Source: Heteronotia binoei (Eukaryota). Taken from it: a DNA stretch of 64,000 nucleotides. Below the pieces are notes generated by a model that saw only the letters and a program-made list of their open reading frames with translations, ran no database searches and was not told the origin of the DNA. The stretch is taken from NCBI RefSeq assembly GCF_032191835.1, contig NC_083240.1, positions 17,546,001 to 17,610,000 on the forward strand, given 5' to 3'. Shown in pieces: positions 12,800-24,881 of the stretch (position 1 is its first letter; each line of letters begins with the position of its first letter). Made by a program: the position numbers and the translations under genes.

Positions 12800-13330
12800 G
12801 GTTGTTGTTCGCAGCTCACGTTTGTGCTGACTATGTTGGGAGACAGCAAAGTTGCATCTTTATAAATTTGCAAGTTCCTGCTGCTCTGTAAATGCAGTCC
12901 TCCTTCCACCAGAGGGACCTGTCACATTTTCACATTTTTCTTTTCCTCCCTGTCTGGCTCAGCCTCACTGTGACGCTGCAGCAGGGCCGAATCAGCTTGC
13001 CCCTGCCTCGAAGGGTTAAAGAGTCCTTCCTGTTTGGTCAGGCAGGCAGTTAGGAAATCTGTTCTCAGTGCAGAGTACAGCTGTTTGTAATCCGCACGGC
13101 AAGCTCCACGCCCTCTGGCCCTGAGCCTGCTTCGCTCCCTCTTGCTAACAAGGACCTGCTTGATTGGTGTCCTGTCGTCTCCCTTTCTTTCATTCCTCCA
13201 GCCAATTGAGCCTGGCGAAGAGCTGCTGGTGTGGTACAATGGGGAAGACAACCCGGAGATAGCAGCTGCTATTGAAGAGGAGAGGGCCAGCTACCGAAAC
13301 AAGAGGAACTCTCCGAAAGCAAAGAAAGGT
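12800..13330 (+). promoter_or_regulatory. Candidate internal (RIZ2-type) promoter at the intron 5/exon 6 boundary
   Basis: Repeat-free, locally CpG-enriched; TGACG half-CRE at 12971, reverse CCAAT at 13163. Position matches the known mammalian RIZ2 promoter. Activity is inferred. Confidence 0.5.
13202..13328 (+). CDS. PRDM2: PRDM2 coding exon (exon 6 equivalent), PR/SET C-terminus
   Basis: cctccag|CCA...AAAG|gtaaaa; 127 nt; PIEPGEELLVWYNGEDNPEIAAAIEEERASYRNKRNSPKAKK(G) with the ELLVWY SET motif. Confidence 0.97.
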
Positions 13331-14943
13331 AAAAAACTTTTGATCTGTCTCCTCCAATGAAGGGGAAAGAGCCAGCTGGCGGGGGTGGGTGGGGGGGTGT
13401 CTTTTGGAACAAAATGATGAAATGTACAAACTTCTTTTCCTCCTCTCCTAGTTCCTGCTTGTGAGATTATAAAGTCATTCTTAATGTTTTCCACAAGGAG
13501 TGTCGGACCGGCAAGTATGTCTGGCTCTGCCTGACCTTTTCCAGGCCTGCCTGCCTGCTCAGTTTAGTTTTCAGTTAAAGGAACATGTTCTTTTCCATCT
13601 GTCTCTCCCCGCACACCCTTCCCCACTCTCTTCTCATAGGGTAGGATCATCTTCTTTCTCTGTAATGGGGGGCAGGGAACAGGAGGAAGTTCACCGTTCC
13701 TTGTCAGTCCATAGCTTTGAAAGAAAAAGTTATTTAAACTCGGGAAAGGGTTTGACTTGTTTTATGGGGTTTCATATTAATTTCTATTTAAAGAACTTTA
13801 ACAGGTCCTCATTTCTCAGTTTTGAAAAAAAATGGAGCGATGTGTATTTGCAGCTGCCTGGAATGTGTCTGTGCTACATTTGATGTCATTTGCTTTATGG
13901 CATTTTGTGTTAAGCAGATGTACTCTGCAGATTACAAACAAAGCTTATTTGATGGTTTGAAGCCTACAACCCCTTATGTTGCTCTACTAGCATGGGGTGG
14001 GGGGTGGTTCTCATGAACTATAGTGAATTCAGGTGGCTAATGACATCTCTGGAGAATTTGGATGTGCTGAATTCAGACAGGTTGTGGGGGTTGGAGCATT
14101 ATTTCTGCATGGTGTTGAAATTTGGGGGATGACTCATCAGGCTGTCAGTCTTCTTTATGACAGGATGGTTGCAGCACTGCTGGAAGGTTGGGGCTTGTGT
14201 TTTAATTTCAAATGCTGTAATATTGTTGGCGGCTGTTTTTAAAGTGAACAAGCAGGGAGCTGCTGATCTGCAAAATGTGCCCACTGTCATTTATTCTAAA
14301 GGTTAAGTTCAGGAGAAGATGTTGCAGGGGGGACTCTCCATGTATACATGTTAAAAGCATATTTTAGCTTGTGGGTTCCATGTTTTGAAAAAAAATTGAC
14401 TGAAACAAAGTCAGGCAGGAAAAAAAAGAAGGGAGCCTTCCTCCCACTCCCAAAATGAAATATGTTGGAGTTTGGGTTTAAAAAAAAAATGAAAGACTTT
14501 AACATTTAGCTCTTCCTGTTCTAATATAAATGGGTTTTGTGACTTAACTGTTGGCAGACTGACTTGAACTGGAATTTCTGGCACTTGTAGTATTAATGAT
14601 TATCAAGCATTTTGATATTTTAAAAAGCATTTCATGTAGTCATGGTTCACTTTGATTTTACTTCTTTTTACTTCTCTTGTTTGTTTTTTGTCCTGCGTGT
14701 GGTTAAAGGAGTCCCAATAAGTTGGTTTCTGCTTCAACCAGATCAACAGTGAACAGTACTAGTGAAAGGCTAGGTGATTTTGTGATTTTATTTATATTGA
14801 TGTACTCCGCCGTGAGCCCCCACGAGGGAATGGGCGGAATATAAATAAATTAATAAAAATAAAATAATAATAGGTGAATCCAAAACAAGATGTTGTACAA
14901 GGAAAAGACTCAGGTTGATACCTTTTGTGCATGTAGTAATCCC

Positions 14944-15155
14944 ACATATGAAGCTATCTTATACCTCACCAAGACCCTTGGTACAGCTAACTTGATTAAT
15001 ATCCACTCTTGAGTGGCAGCAGCTCTGCAGTTCTTTAGGCCCAAAAAACTTCTCTCTCAGCCACAACTGAAAATTCTTTAACTGAAGATGCCAGTGGTCA
15101 AACCTGGGACCTTCAGCATGCAGATCTTGTGGTCTGCTATGGAGGGACAGCCTTC
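14944..15155 (-). mobile_element. tRNA-derived SINE
   Basis: Reverse complement of the 24686 and 44028 family (aaggcagcttcatat-like tail, gcatctccagttaaa body). Confidence 0.65.
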
Positions 15156-16561
15156 CAAATGTGAGAACTTCCTTCCATGCAGAGTAAATACGAGTGCATA
15201 TCCGAGGACTGTGCAGCAAAATAACCAATCCCTGCAGATTTCTGGCAAGTTGCATTTGTTAGCCGTCTGAAGCAAAACCAGGCAGGATAATAACAATACT
15301 TTGAAATACCTGGGGAGGGGGGTGGTGATTGCATGTTTTCATATGTCTGTGTAAGTTTCAGTTCTAGTTTTTGTATTGGGGGGGACATGAGAGTTTTCCA
15401 GTAAAAGCTGAAATTTGTAGTAAGATATTATAACCCAAGTGTACTTTCAACACTAAATTATTCTTGATACTTACATAATGACCAGTGATCAAGCAAATCA
15501 GTATCTTGGTAAGCATGGGTTAACTGTTGTAAATGCAGGAGTTTTCCCACTTAATGTTGCCAGGTTATTTCTGCTTCCCTTGCTAAAGGATCTGCATAGC
15601 TACTGGCTATAGTGTTCCTGGTGCCCTTATATATGTCGCATGTATGTCAAATGGGTGATTTGAGCTATATCTACACAGTTTTGTGTGTAAATGTAGTGAA
15701 GTGCTGTCTGCAGCCAGGACTTGCCATAGGAAGGGACAACTGGTCACGAACTGTGTTCTGTGAATTCTTTACCTACTGCATGTGGTGGATCTGAGCAAGG
15801 AAAACAGCTGGATGCTTCAGCTCGAAACAAAATCCTCCCCCACATCCCCATAATTTAGTACTTCATGCAAATTGGGAGTGTCCGGATATTGGGGAGTTTC
15901 TAATACTCTAAAGAATAAGGGGTGCTTTAAGCACAAATTTGGGGTCTTTGCCAATTATAATAGAATACAAATTTAGTCCAGCTGCAAAAATTATAGGCTA
16001 ATGACAGAAATTGATACATCCCTCTCCCCCCCCCATAACACAGTCTTCAAAAAAATCACAATGGTGTTGGATGGCTGCATTTAATAGAAGAATTTTATTC
16101 TTTCATGTAAAATTTAATGTTGTAGTTTGGAAGGCATTTTTATACCCTCGTGATAAAATACATGTCACTTAATATATCAAAACTGACAGACCCTAAACCA
16201 GAAAGAGCTGAGACCAAACCCCATGAAACTGAAGGCATGGGTTAGTTGTAAGTAACATTTATTGATTTAAATTGGACATTTGCTTCAGTCCTATTCATGC
16301 ATTCCTAGCAGTGAGCCCGCTGGGCTTACTCCTGAATATGTGCACAAAAGACAGCAGGTTACCCAACAAATTGGAATATGTTAGTGGGCACCAAAATGGG
16401 ATTTCAAAGCACAGTTAGTACAGATCGTGGGCTGTTGTAATATCTGAGTTCACAGGGAGCCCCAGAGCAGCTTACATTTTCCTCTTCTCCTCCATTTTAT
16501 TCTCACAACAACCCTGTTAGGCTGAGAGTGTGTGACTGGCTCACAGTCACCCAGCAAACTA

Positions 16562-17060
16562 AAGGGAGGGGCAGTGGCTCAGTAGTAAAAAGTCTGCTTT
16601 GCATGAGAAAGGTCCAGGGATCAATCCTCAGCATCTCCAGTTAAAAAGATCAAGTAGTAGTAGTAGAGCCAGTTTGGTGTAGTGGTTAAGTGCCCAGACT
16701 CTTTTCTGGGAGAACCGGGTTTGAATCCCCAGTCCTCCTATTGCACCTACTGGAATGACCTTGGGTCAACCATAGCTATCGCAGGAGTTTCCCTTGAAAG
16801 GGCAGCTGCTGTAAGAGCTCTCTGAGCCCCACTTACCTCACAGGATGTGGGGGGAGGCGAAGGAGATTGTGACCGCTCTGAGACTCTTGAGATTCAGAGT
16901 ATAGGGCGGGATATAAATCCAATATCTTCAATGATGTGAAAGCCAGTTTGGAGTAGTAGTTAAGTACACAGACTCTATTCTGGGTGAAGTGGGTTTGATT
17001 CTACACTCCTCCAAGTGCACCTGCTGAGCCGCCTTGGCGGGAAGGGCGGGATATAAATTG
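16562..17060 (+). mobile_element. Nested SINE cluster: tRNA-SINE head (16562-16660), full Squam3-like copy (16666-16929), second truncated Squam3-like copy (16940-17060)
   Basis: A/B-box-like heads (gtggctcagtag, gtgtagtggttaag...ggtttgaatccc); host SINE text resumes briefly (atgatgtgaaa) after the inner copy. Confidence 0.72.
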
Positions 17061-18607
17061 AAAGAAACTGAAACTGAGTGACTTTGGGTCAGTCACAGTT
17101 CTTGAAAGAGCTGTTCTCTCAAGAGCAGTTCTCAAAGGAGCTCTCTCAGGTCCATCTACCTCACAGTGTGTTCTCCTTTTCAGACACCGGGTACCCTGAC
17201 GAGATGGCCTCCATGCTCCATCTCAAGATTTTCCCCAAAGTAGAGGATTCCTGTCCTTCTCGGTTGCTCTCAGCCCCTCAGGTTATCTTGAGTCTTGGCA
17301 TCAGCAATACAAACTGCAGTTTGGGTCTTATGTGACTGAATGCTCCTTTGTTAAAAAGGAATTTCTGTTCGTAGAAAACTTCCATATCGAGGAGATGGGC
17401 CATAACCTAGCTTTTTGTCTGCAGCTCTCTCCCTGCAGGGTGTTTTGGGTGAAAAATCTGAATTGATACAGTCCAGACATAGGAGAGCATCTTATGCCCT
17501 TTTGCTAATTGAGGCAACATGCATGGGGTAGTTTGCCTGTTTCTGACAAGTGTGCATATGCTCCCTCTTAGTCCTGAAGGGCCAGGAGAGGGTGGGCACT
17601 TGGCCCTTCAGTCACCACTGAGCTGCTGTTTCCCTGCTGCAAACGGTAGCACAGTCAAGCCTTCTGATCTGTGCATCCCTGATTTAATTGTGAGCCAGCT
17701 GAGGCATTTTTCATGGAAAAATTGCTTGAGAAACGGGGGAAGGGGTGTGGTGTGGCTTGAGCAGAACTTTCAAGAAATGATTGTTTCAAGGAGCACTTGC
17801 TCCCTCATGCACCTGACTCTGAGTCGCTGGCTGAGACTCCTCTATGCCTGCTCACATCTTCCAGAGTGTGGGCTAACAGAGAAAAGACCTTTCCTGTCAC
17901 AGTTGTCGCTTTATAGACTACTACTCCTCAACACACAACCATCGATGTGACACCTGATGTTTCAGGTTATACAGGTTAAATTCTTTTTTTGTTTGTTGTC
18001 TCATCTTATTTAATTTTTGCAGGCATTTGACTCCTATTCCTCTTGGGCAGAATATCTTAATTTTGTATAAACTTTGCTTTTTGAGGGGTGGGACGTAGAT
18101 TCTGAAATGTTCCTGGGTCATCATAGAATATAATATTTTATTTATTCCTAACAATGTGTTTATTTTTTTTTTAAATGTATTTATTTTGAAAAATATTCAT
18201 AAGTTGCCTGGAGCTGAGGGGTAGAGCCATCTGCCTCTTGCGGTCTGTCCCGGAGAAGAAAAGACCGTTTGTGGACAGCGTGGCTGCAGCTTTCCCACTC
18301 TGCATCCTTGAGAGGACAGACGCCCCACATGGGCTTCCTCGCCACCCCGTTCTAGCATGGCTCTCCCCTAGTTCTACTTTTCTCAGAGCGTTTGGACATG
18401 ATTCTTGTATGGTGACATGTTTTGGGGTAGGTGCCGGCTTTAAACTAGCAGTCGGCTCCAAGTCTTGAAGCAGCTTGGTATCGCCGGATATGTTGGGTTG
18501 GTTCTCGAGAACCGTTTCCAGTCATCCAAATTGGGGCTAAGTAAATCAGGAGTGAGCTTTTGCTTTCAGGTTTCTGCCCTCTTCTCTTCCGTCCCCTCAT
18601 GCGTCAG

Positions 18608-18797
18608 TAGCATTGTCAGCTCCAGATTAGGAAATCCCTGGAGATTTTGGAGGTGGAGCCTGTGAAGGGACTTCGGTGGGGTACAGTGTCATAGAATCCA
18701 CCTTCTGAAGTGGCCATTGTCTCCAGGTGAGCTGATCTCTGTGATCAGTTGTAATCCTTAGAGATCTCCAGCTGTGACCTGGATGTTGGAAGCCCCA
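18608..18797. mobile_element. hAT-like MITE (TAGGGTTGCCA family), diverged
   Basis: Internal ggagattttggaggtggagcctg...gccattgtctccagg...gatcagttgtaat shared with many copies below. Confidence 0.7.
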
Positions 18798-21700
18798 TGA
18801 GTCATTTTAGCACAATCCATAGTTTCACTCCATGAGTTTGCAGCCCTGAATTGGAGGACAAACTCAAGCCATGGTTTGCCAAATCGGATGTAACGGCAAG
18901 TTATATTCTTTGCACTGAAGCTGTAGTTTACGTTTCTGTTGTAATCCCTTTGCCTGTTCATTGGAGGGTATACCTTTTCTAAACTAGCAGGTGCTGAGGT
19001 TGCTTAGAATGCTGCAAAGATAATAGTAGACCATTTTGTTTTTTCATTACTGCTTTTTAATCTGTATCCAAGTTTTACAGTTTTTACATGAATATTTATG
19101 GCTTTTAGGGGTTTTCCCCCCTCCCACATTTAATATATATTTTAGCTTAGGCTGCCTTAGGTTCTTCTGGGAATTGGAGAGCACAGTATGAATCATCAAT
19201 ATAAATAAAAACAAAGTCTATCTGAGCTTGAGGGGGGAGGGAAGCAGCCTGCAGGGAGGCCTGGCTCCTTCCCTATCCTCCAGATTTCCAGTATCAGACC
19301 CGTTTGCTCATGAACTGTGAACCCCTGTCAGTCCCTGCTTGCTGTTGCTGCTCACACAGCTGGCGACAACTGCCTTGTTGTGGTTCTGGGCCAAACTGTA
19401 GGGAGAGACTGAAAACAGAAAAATCTCCCCCCCTCCCCCAGTACTCTAATAGGCGTGCTTTGAAACTAACAGGTGCAGAGGTAAATTTGTCAAGCTGCAG
19501 ATATTCTGTAGTTGGTCTCTCAAGATGTTGAATGGCTTATGTAACTCTCTTGGAATTTTTCCGTAAACCTTCCGGCAAGAGCATTTCAGCTCAGTCTACT
19601 GTTAACTTCTCATGGCAGCTTCCAGCCTTCACTGCTCAAGACAAAATGCTAGTACGGCTATTTCTGTGCACCTTGAAGGGGTCCAGTGGATTTTGATTTT
19701 CCTAAACTGCAGCCTTGTGCGTACTGTGGGAAGCAAGTTTTTTAAATCCAGGGAAGGATGGTTTCGTGGCTTTGGCAAAGGGGAACACACATACAAGTCT
19801 GTAGGCACACCAAAGTTTTTTGGATTTTAGCCAGTCTTTTTCCAACCTGTATTTGCTTCTGAAAATTCCTGTTTGGGGAGGACTCCGTAGCCAGATGTAA
19901 TTTGAAAGTGTTGCATATTGAAATTGAAGTATAATTAAATACTAGAACTTTTGGAACAAGTTGACAGTAGTGCCTTAACAGAAGGCTTTTGATTGGCTAC
20001 CAAATTGTAAAAGTGGACAGCGTCACTATGCATCATTATGTTGGTGGATGGTTTGGACTTTACTCCTGCTATTTTGCTATAGACTTGATGGTCCCTCTCC
20101 CCAGTCATATGAGTTTCTGGTTTTGTTTAGCACTTTCTCTTGGCAGGTATGAACTCCTTCACCTTTCCATGTGTCCTGGGAAGGGCTACTCTATAGCACA
20201 ATCTCCAAGATTGAGCTATTCCCAAAGATTGTCTTTGGCATCAGTATATTTCTGGGATGTTAGCCCACCTCATGATGATCACAAAGGGCATGACTTTTAG
20301 AAATTCACTAACAAGTCCTCCTCCTGGTTTGGGAGTTCAGGGTTTAATCTGATGGGTTTGGCACCGTTGGGAAAAGTATTGTCCCACAAGTGACTGGCAT
20401 GCAGCATTCAAAGCATGTGTTGTCTTGGATTAGAAACATGCCTCTCCTTCCAGGTCATGGAGTGCCACAATCAGGTTCTTGTCACTTTGACATTGGATAT
20501 AGAAAGTTTGCAGAGCACAAAAGAGACCATTAGGTCACTAATATAGCGCTAATAGTAAGCTGCAAATGTGTTTATTTCATTAAACCTTCCAGCATCCCCT
20601 GTAAGATGGGCACTTTGGATCCTGTTTTCCAAAAGAGGGAATTAAAGTTCTTGACTAACTTCCTGGGTCATTGAGCTATCCCTTGGGCTACTCTAGCACT
20701 ATATAATCTATTTTAAACCCTGTTTTTTTAAAAAGAAGAACCTAACCCACACCACTGGGTGAGGTGGGCAGGGTTCTTTCCCTTCATAAGGATTCTGTAA
20801 CCACAGGCCACATGGCTGTTCTCTGTTTCTTTCCTGCAGTGATCTTCTGCTCTGTCGACATGCACATACTCATTTGGTGTTCTGTCTTTTTTTTTCATTT
20901 TTATTCTTTTTTATCGCTGTTCTCATTCCACTTCCCTTGTGTTTCATTCCTGTATCTTTCTTGTTTAGACCAACTGGAGGAGCCAGCTGCCAGTAGCAGG
21001 CATGTAGGAGCCTTCAGTAACCTGATGGTAAGTGCACTTGTGTGCTTATATCAGGCTTCCTACCAGGTTTGTAGATGTGGCTTTGGCCAACGGTGAACTT
21101 CCGGTGGATGGGAATCATAGTCAGGAGGATGTGCAGCTCTCTCTGCTTTAAGAACAATGTAGGAAAAGGCCTGCTTAGGTTAGACCAAAAGTCCTTCTGT
21201 TTCTCTCAGAGGCCAGTCAGTTGCCCCAGAAGGCCAAGAAGTCAAATCTTCCCCCACGGATACTGCTTCTCAGAATCTGGTTTTGAGAGGTACACTGATT
21301 CTTAAAATACGGAGGTATCGGTGGTACTAGCTGTTGATAGACTATGCCTCCTTAAATTTGCTTGATTATTCTTTTAAAGGCACCTGTTCTAGTGGCAGTG
21401 AACTCTCAGAAACTGGTCTCTAAACCACAGCTGCTGAGGAATGCTGGGAAGTTGAACTTAACATCTTAATAGCAAAACTGAGGACGACAACTGGGAGGCG
21501 GGGGAGCTCTTCTTGTCATTCCAGAAGAGCCCTCTGCAATGTCCTCCGGTAATGTTCCAAGGGATTCCTGTAGGTTAGGAGTTTGCAAAGCCAAAGCAGA
21601 ATGGAGTGTTACAGGGTGGGTGTATTCTCTCTAGTCAGACCTGCTGGAGATAAAGTGCATTTTGTCTCTTTCTCTGGAAACATCGTCTGTTTGGTTGCTG

Positions 21701-24685
21701 CTGCTTCCAAGAGCCTCTTGTGCACTAACGGCAGAAAACAGCATGGTCTGCTTTTGTAAAGTTACTCTGTTGAGGCTGACAGATGGGCAGTTTTGCCTTG
21801 GTGCCAGGGGAAGTAGGCTAGGGGTCTTTTTTGGCTCTTTCCAGTGTCCACTTTAGATGCATCACTATGTCAGAACTGGGACTACGGGTTGAAATGCTGC
21901 TCTCTTGAATGGAGAGTATAGAGCCCTTTGTACACACAGTATTTTTTTATCCATTTGATGCTCTAGAAACTAGAAATTGTTTATTTATTTGCAGCATTTA
22001 TGCCCTGCCTTTCTCCCCACTGAGGAGCTAAAGCTGTTAACAGCGTCATTGTCCTCTCCTTCCTTGTAGTCTCACAAGAGCCCTTTGAGGTAGGTTAGGC
22101 TGAGCGTATGTGACTATCACCAAGCTCCTGTGGCAGAGTGGGCATTCGAACCTGGGTCTTTCAGATCCTAGTCTAACATTCTTACCACTTCACCACGCAA
22201 GTGTCAGAAGCACTGGCTTGGGACTCTTTCAGCCTTGCTTATGACCCCCTCGAGTCTTTCCACAAGTTCCTTGTTATCCAGAATCTCCAGTCGAGGGGTC
22301 ACCAACTTTTTCTTTAATAAAAGCAATTTTTTAAAAAATATCCCAGCCTACTTATTTCTGGGTATGTTACCGAGTTTTTGTTCCATTCTAGACACAAAAC
22401 ATGGAAGAGCACCAGAAATGAAGTTATCAGCTAAGCAGGAGAGAGAAAAATCTTAAGAAATACACTCTTAAAGAGAGAAAAAAAACCCAGAGCAGATTTT
22501 TGTACAGTATTCCCCTGGATCTTCTAGGAGATAAATGAGCTCTGCAGCAGTTAGAGAGCTCTAGTAGCTCGTAAGCTTCTTATTGCGGTTCCCTGTTCCA
22601 GAAACTGAAGTTTTAAAAAAGTCATCCAAATTCTGTTAAATGCTAGCACATTTTCCTGTCTTGTACAATTTAACCCAGTTGTATTATCGCCCTTTCCCTT
22701 GACAAATCTGGAAACCGTTTGTGTAGTGTTTCCGGCTGTGGGTCATACTTTTCGATGTGTCCAAATTCCAGTCTTGCCAAAATGGTGAGCTTTGCCCAGG
22801 AATAAGCTTAACAGTTCTTTCAAGGTGCTCTGGCACAAGCAAGAATTTTTGTTGCTGCATGCAGTCTGGAAGAAGGTTTGGAAGCACCAAAGCAGAGGAC
22901 TCCAAAAAGCTTCGGCTGTTTCCACTTGCTTCTCAGCCACTGTTCCAGTGCATCTAAAGTTACATTTGCACTCAAGTTGTCATCCTGGCTGTTTTTAGTA
23001 AGTGTCAGAGCAGCTGCTGGCTGAATCACCTCTTCCTGGGTAATTTAGTGTTAAGGTCACAAAAGCCTAATTCCAGAGCTAGTGTTTGAGATTCCAGAGC
23101 TGCTTAGGAACCTCTTCAGTACTCTTGGGGCTTTTCAAACCTATACAGTAGTTTGTTCACAAGGCTAACAAGTGTGAAACCCTGGTCAGAGGCAGAGGAA
23201 AACAGATCAAAGGCCTAGCGATGAGGAGCAAATAAAGAGCTGCCCTCCGAAAAGCAACCCATGTTAGAAAATAGAGAAAATCTTAGGTGTAGATATTGAA
23301 TGGGTAAGAGGGCACCAGCTGGCACACTGCGAGCTATAGATCTCACTTTCTGAACAAGCTGATGTACTGCCAGGTACATGATCCTGGTGCTAAAGCCTGA
23401 GGTTGGCCTAGAATGCTTTTCAAGCAGTAGACCATCTTCTCCACCTTCACAAGTAAATCTGAAACCTTTGTTTCTGGTGTAGCCTTCTAATGCTGTCAAA
23501 GTTCTCTACATCCAGGTCTGGCTGAGCTCCCATTCTTAGTAGACTTTTTGTAGAAGTTGCAAGTGGGTCAGGACAGCCTAGTTTGCTTCTGCCGAGATCC
23601 TCTCTTAATTCCTTTTGCTTTTCACTCCTGTTCGCCTATCCCTCCATTGTCCATACTAACTTCCAGTTTATGTCTTCTTTAGAAACTGTGTCTGTGTAAC
23701 TGCATTGCTCCAGAGTCTAAACCAGATTAATCTGGCTAACAATCTGATCCTCTGTGGGATCATGTGCCAGCCTCTGAAATGTTGGGAGCTTCGTGTCTCT
23801 CAGGAATGGGTGCTGGTTCCTACTGAGTAACTTTTTGGGGTACATCTGCTGTCCTTAGTATGGTTGTAAGAGTCTTCATTTTTAAAAAGAATGCATGTTT
23901 TGAGCTACTTGAAGCTCAGCTTTCATTACCATGGTAGTGTGCCGACAGTGTATTTTCCTAAACATATTTTCATAATACAAAACCAATGGTAAAGAATGCC
24001 TCCCCCCCCCCAACAGGAAAATGTGTTGTCTGAATAGATTTCTGGTGAATTTTCTCTCTCCCATTATCTGTGAATCTTTTTCTCTCTATCTTCGAATACG
24101 TCTAGTCCCTCCCAGTTAGCAGCTATTACAGATTAACTCTTGTTTTGTATTGTCTCTCAAGGATTTCAGGACTTAACTTAAAACTAGGGAAAAGGAAATG
24201 GCTAGTGACTCCATTCTTAACATTTTGAACTTTGTTTCTGTTTTGCAACTCACTGAATAATAGTCGTTAGCTACCTTTCCTTACATGTAGCCCAGCCCTA
24301 CCATGTACAACACACAAAGGAGCTGTGAAGAACAAACGTACAAACATCTTCCCTAAACAGGTGATGAGGAATGGAGCAGATGATAGACAGGGGCTGTGAC
24401 TCAGTGAACGAACATGTGTTCTGCATCTGAGCATCCCAGGTTTTATTGCTGGCGTCTCTAGTTAATTTGATGTTGCCATAAGAACTTTCCTTGTCTGAGA
24501 CTTGGAGAACAACTGCTAGCTAGCATAGGCAGTACTGAGCTTAACAGGCTGCTGGTGCTGTGCATAAGGTATCTGGATATGTTCGTATACAAGGTAGGTC
24601 AGTGGATTGGTGTGGGCCATTCCCGGGGAATCTCTTAAAACTGGCAAATTGCAGGTAGCCATTTTTGACTGTTAAAAAAGAATCG

Positions 24686-24881
24686 AGGAGGGGCCGTGGT
24701 TCAGAGGTAGAGCATCTGCTTGACGTGCAGAAGATTTCAGGTTTGGTCCTCGGCATCACTAGTTAAAAGGACATGAAAGACTTCAACCTGAGACACTGGA
24801 GAGCCGCTGCCAGTCTGAACAGACAATACTGACATTGATGAATCGATGGTCTGATTCAGTATAAGGCAGCTTTGTGTGTTC
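24686..24881 (+). mobile_element. tRNA-derived SINE
   Basis: gtggttcagaggtagagcatctgc (A box), ggtttggtcctcggc (B-box-like), tail tcagtataaggcagctttgtgtgttc. Confidence 0.78.

Noticed and set aside
22680-23800. Long non-repetitive-looking stretch with overlapping short ORFs, possibly a decayed retroelement interior
   Set aside because: No RT, integrase or recombinase motif could be read in any frame.
24686-24760. tRNA-like sequences here and at 16562, 28640, 44028, 49291 and 51182
   Set aside because: A/B boxes continue into SINE bodies and lack a full cloverleaf; these are SINE heads, not tRNA genes.
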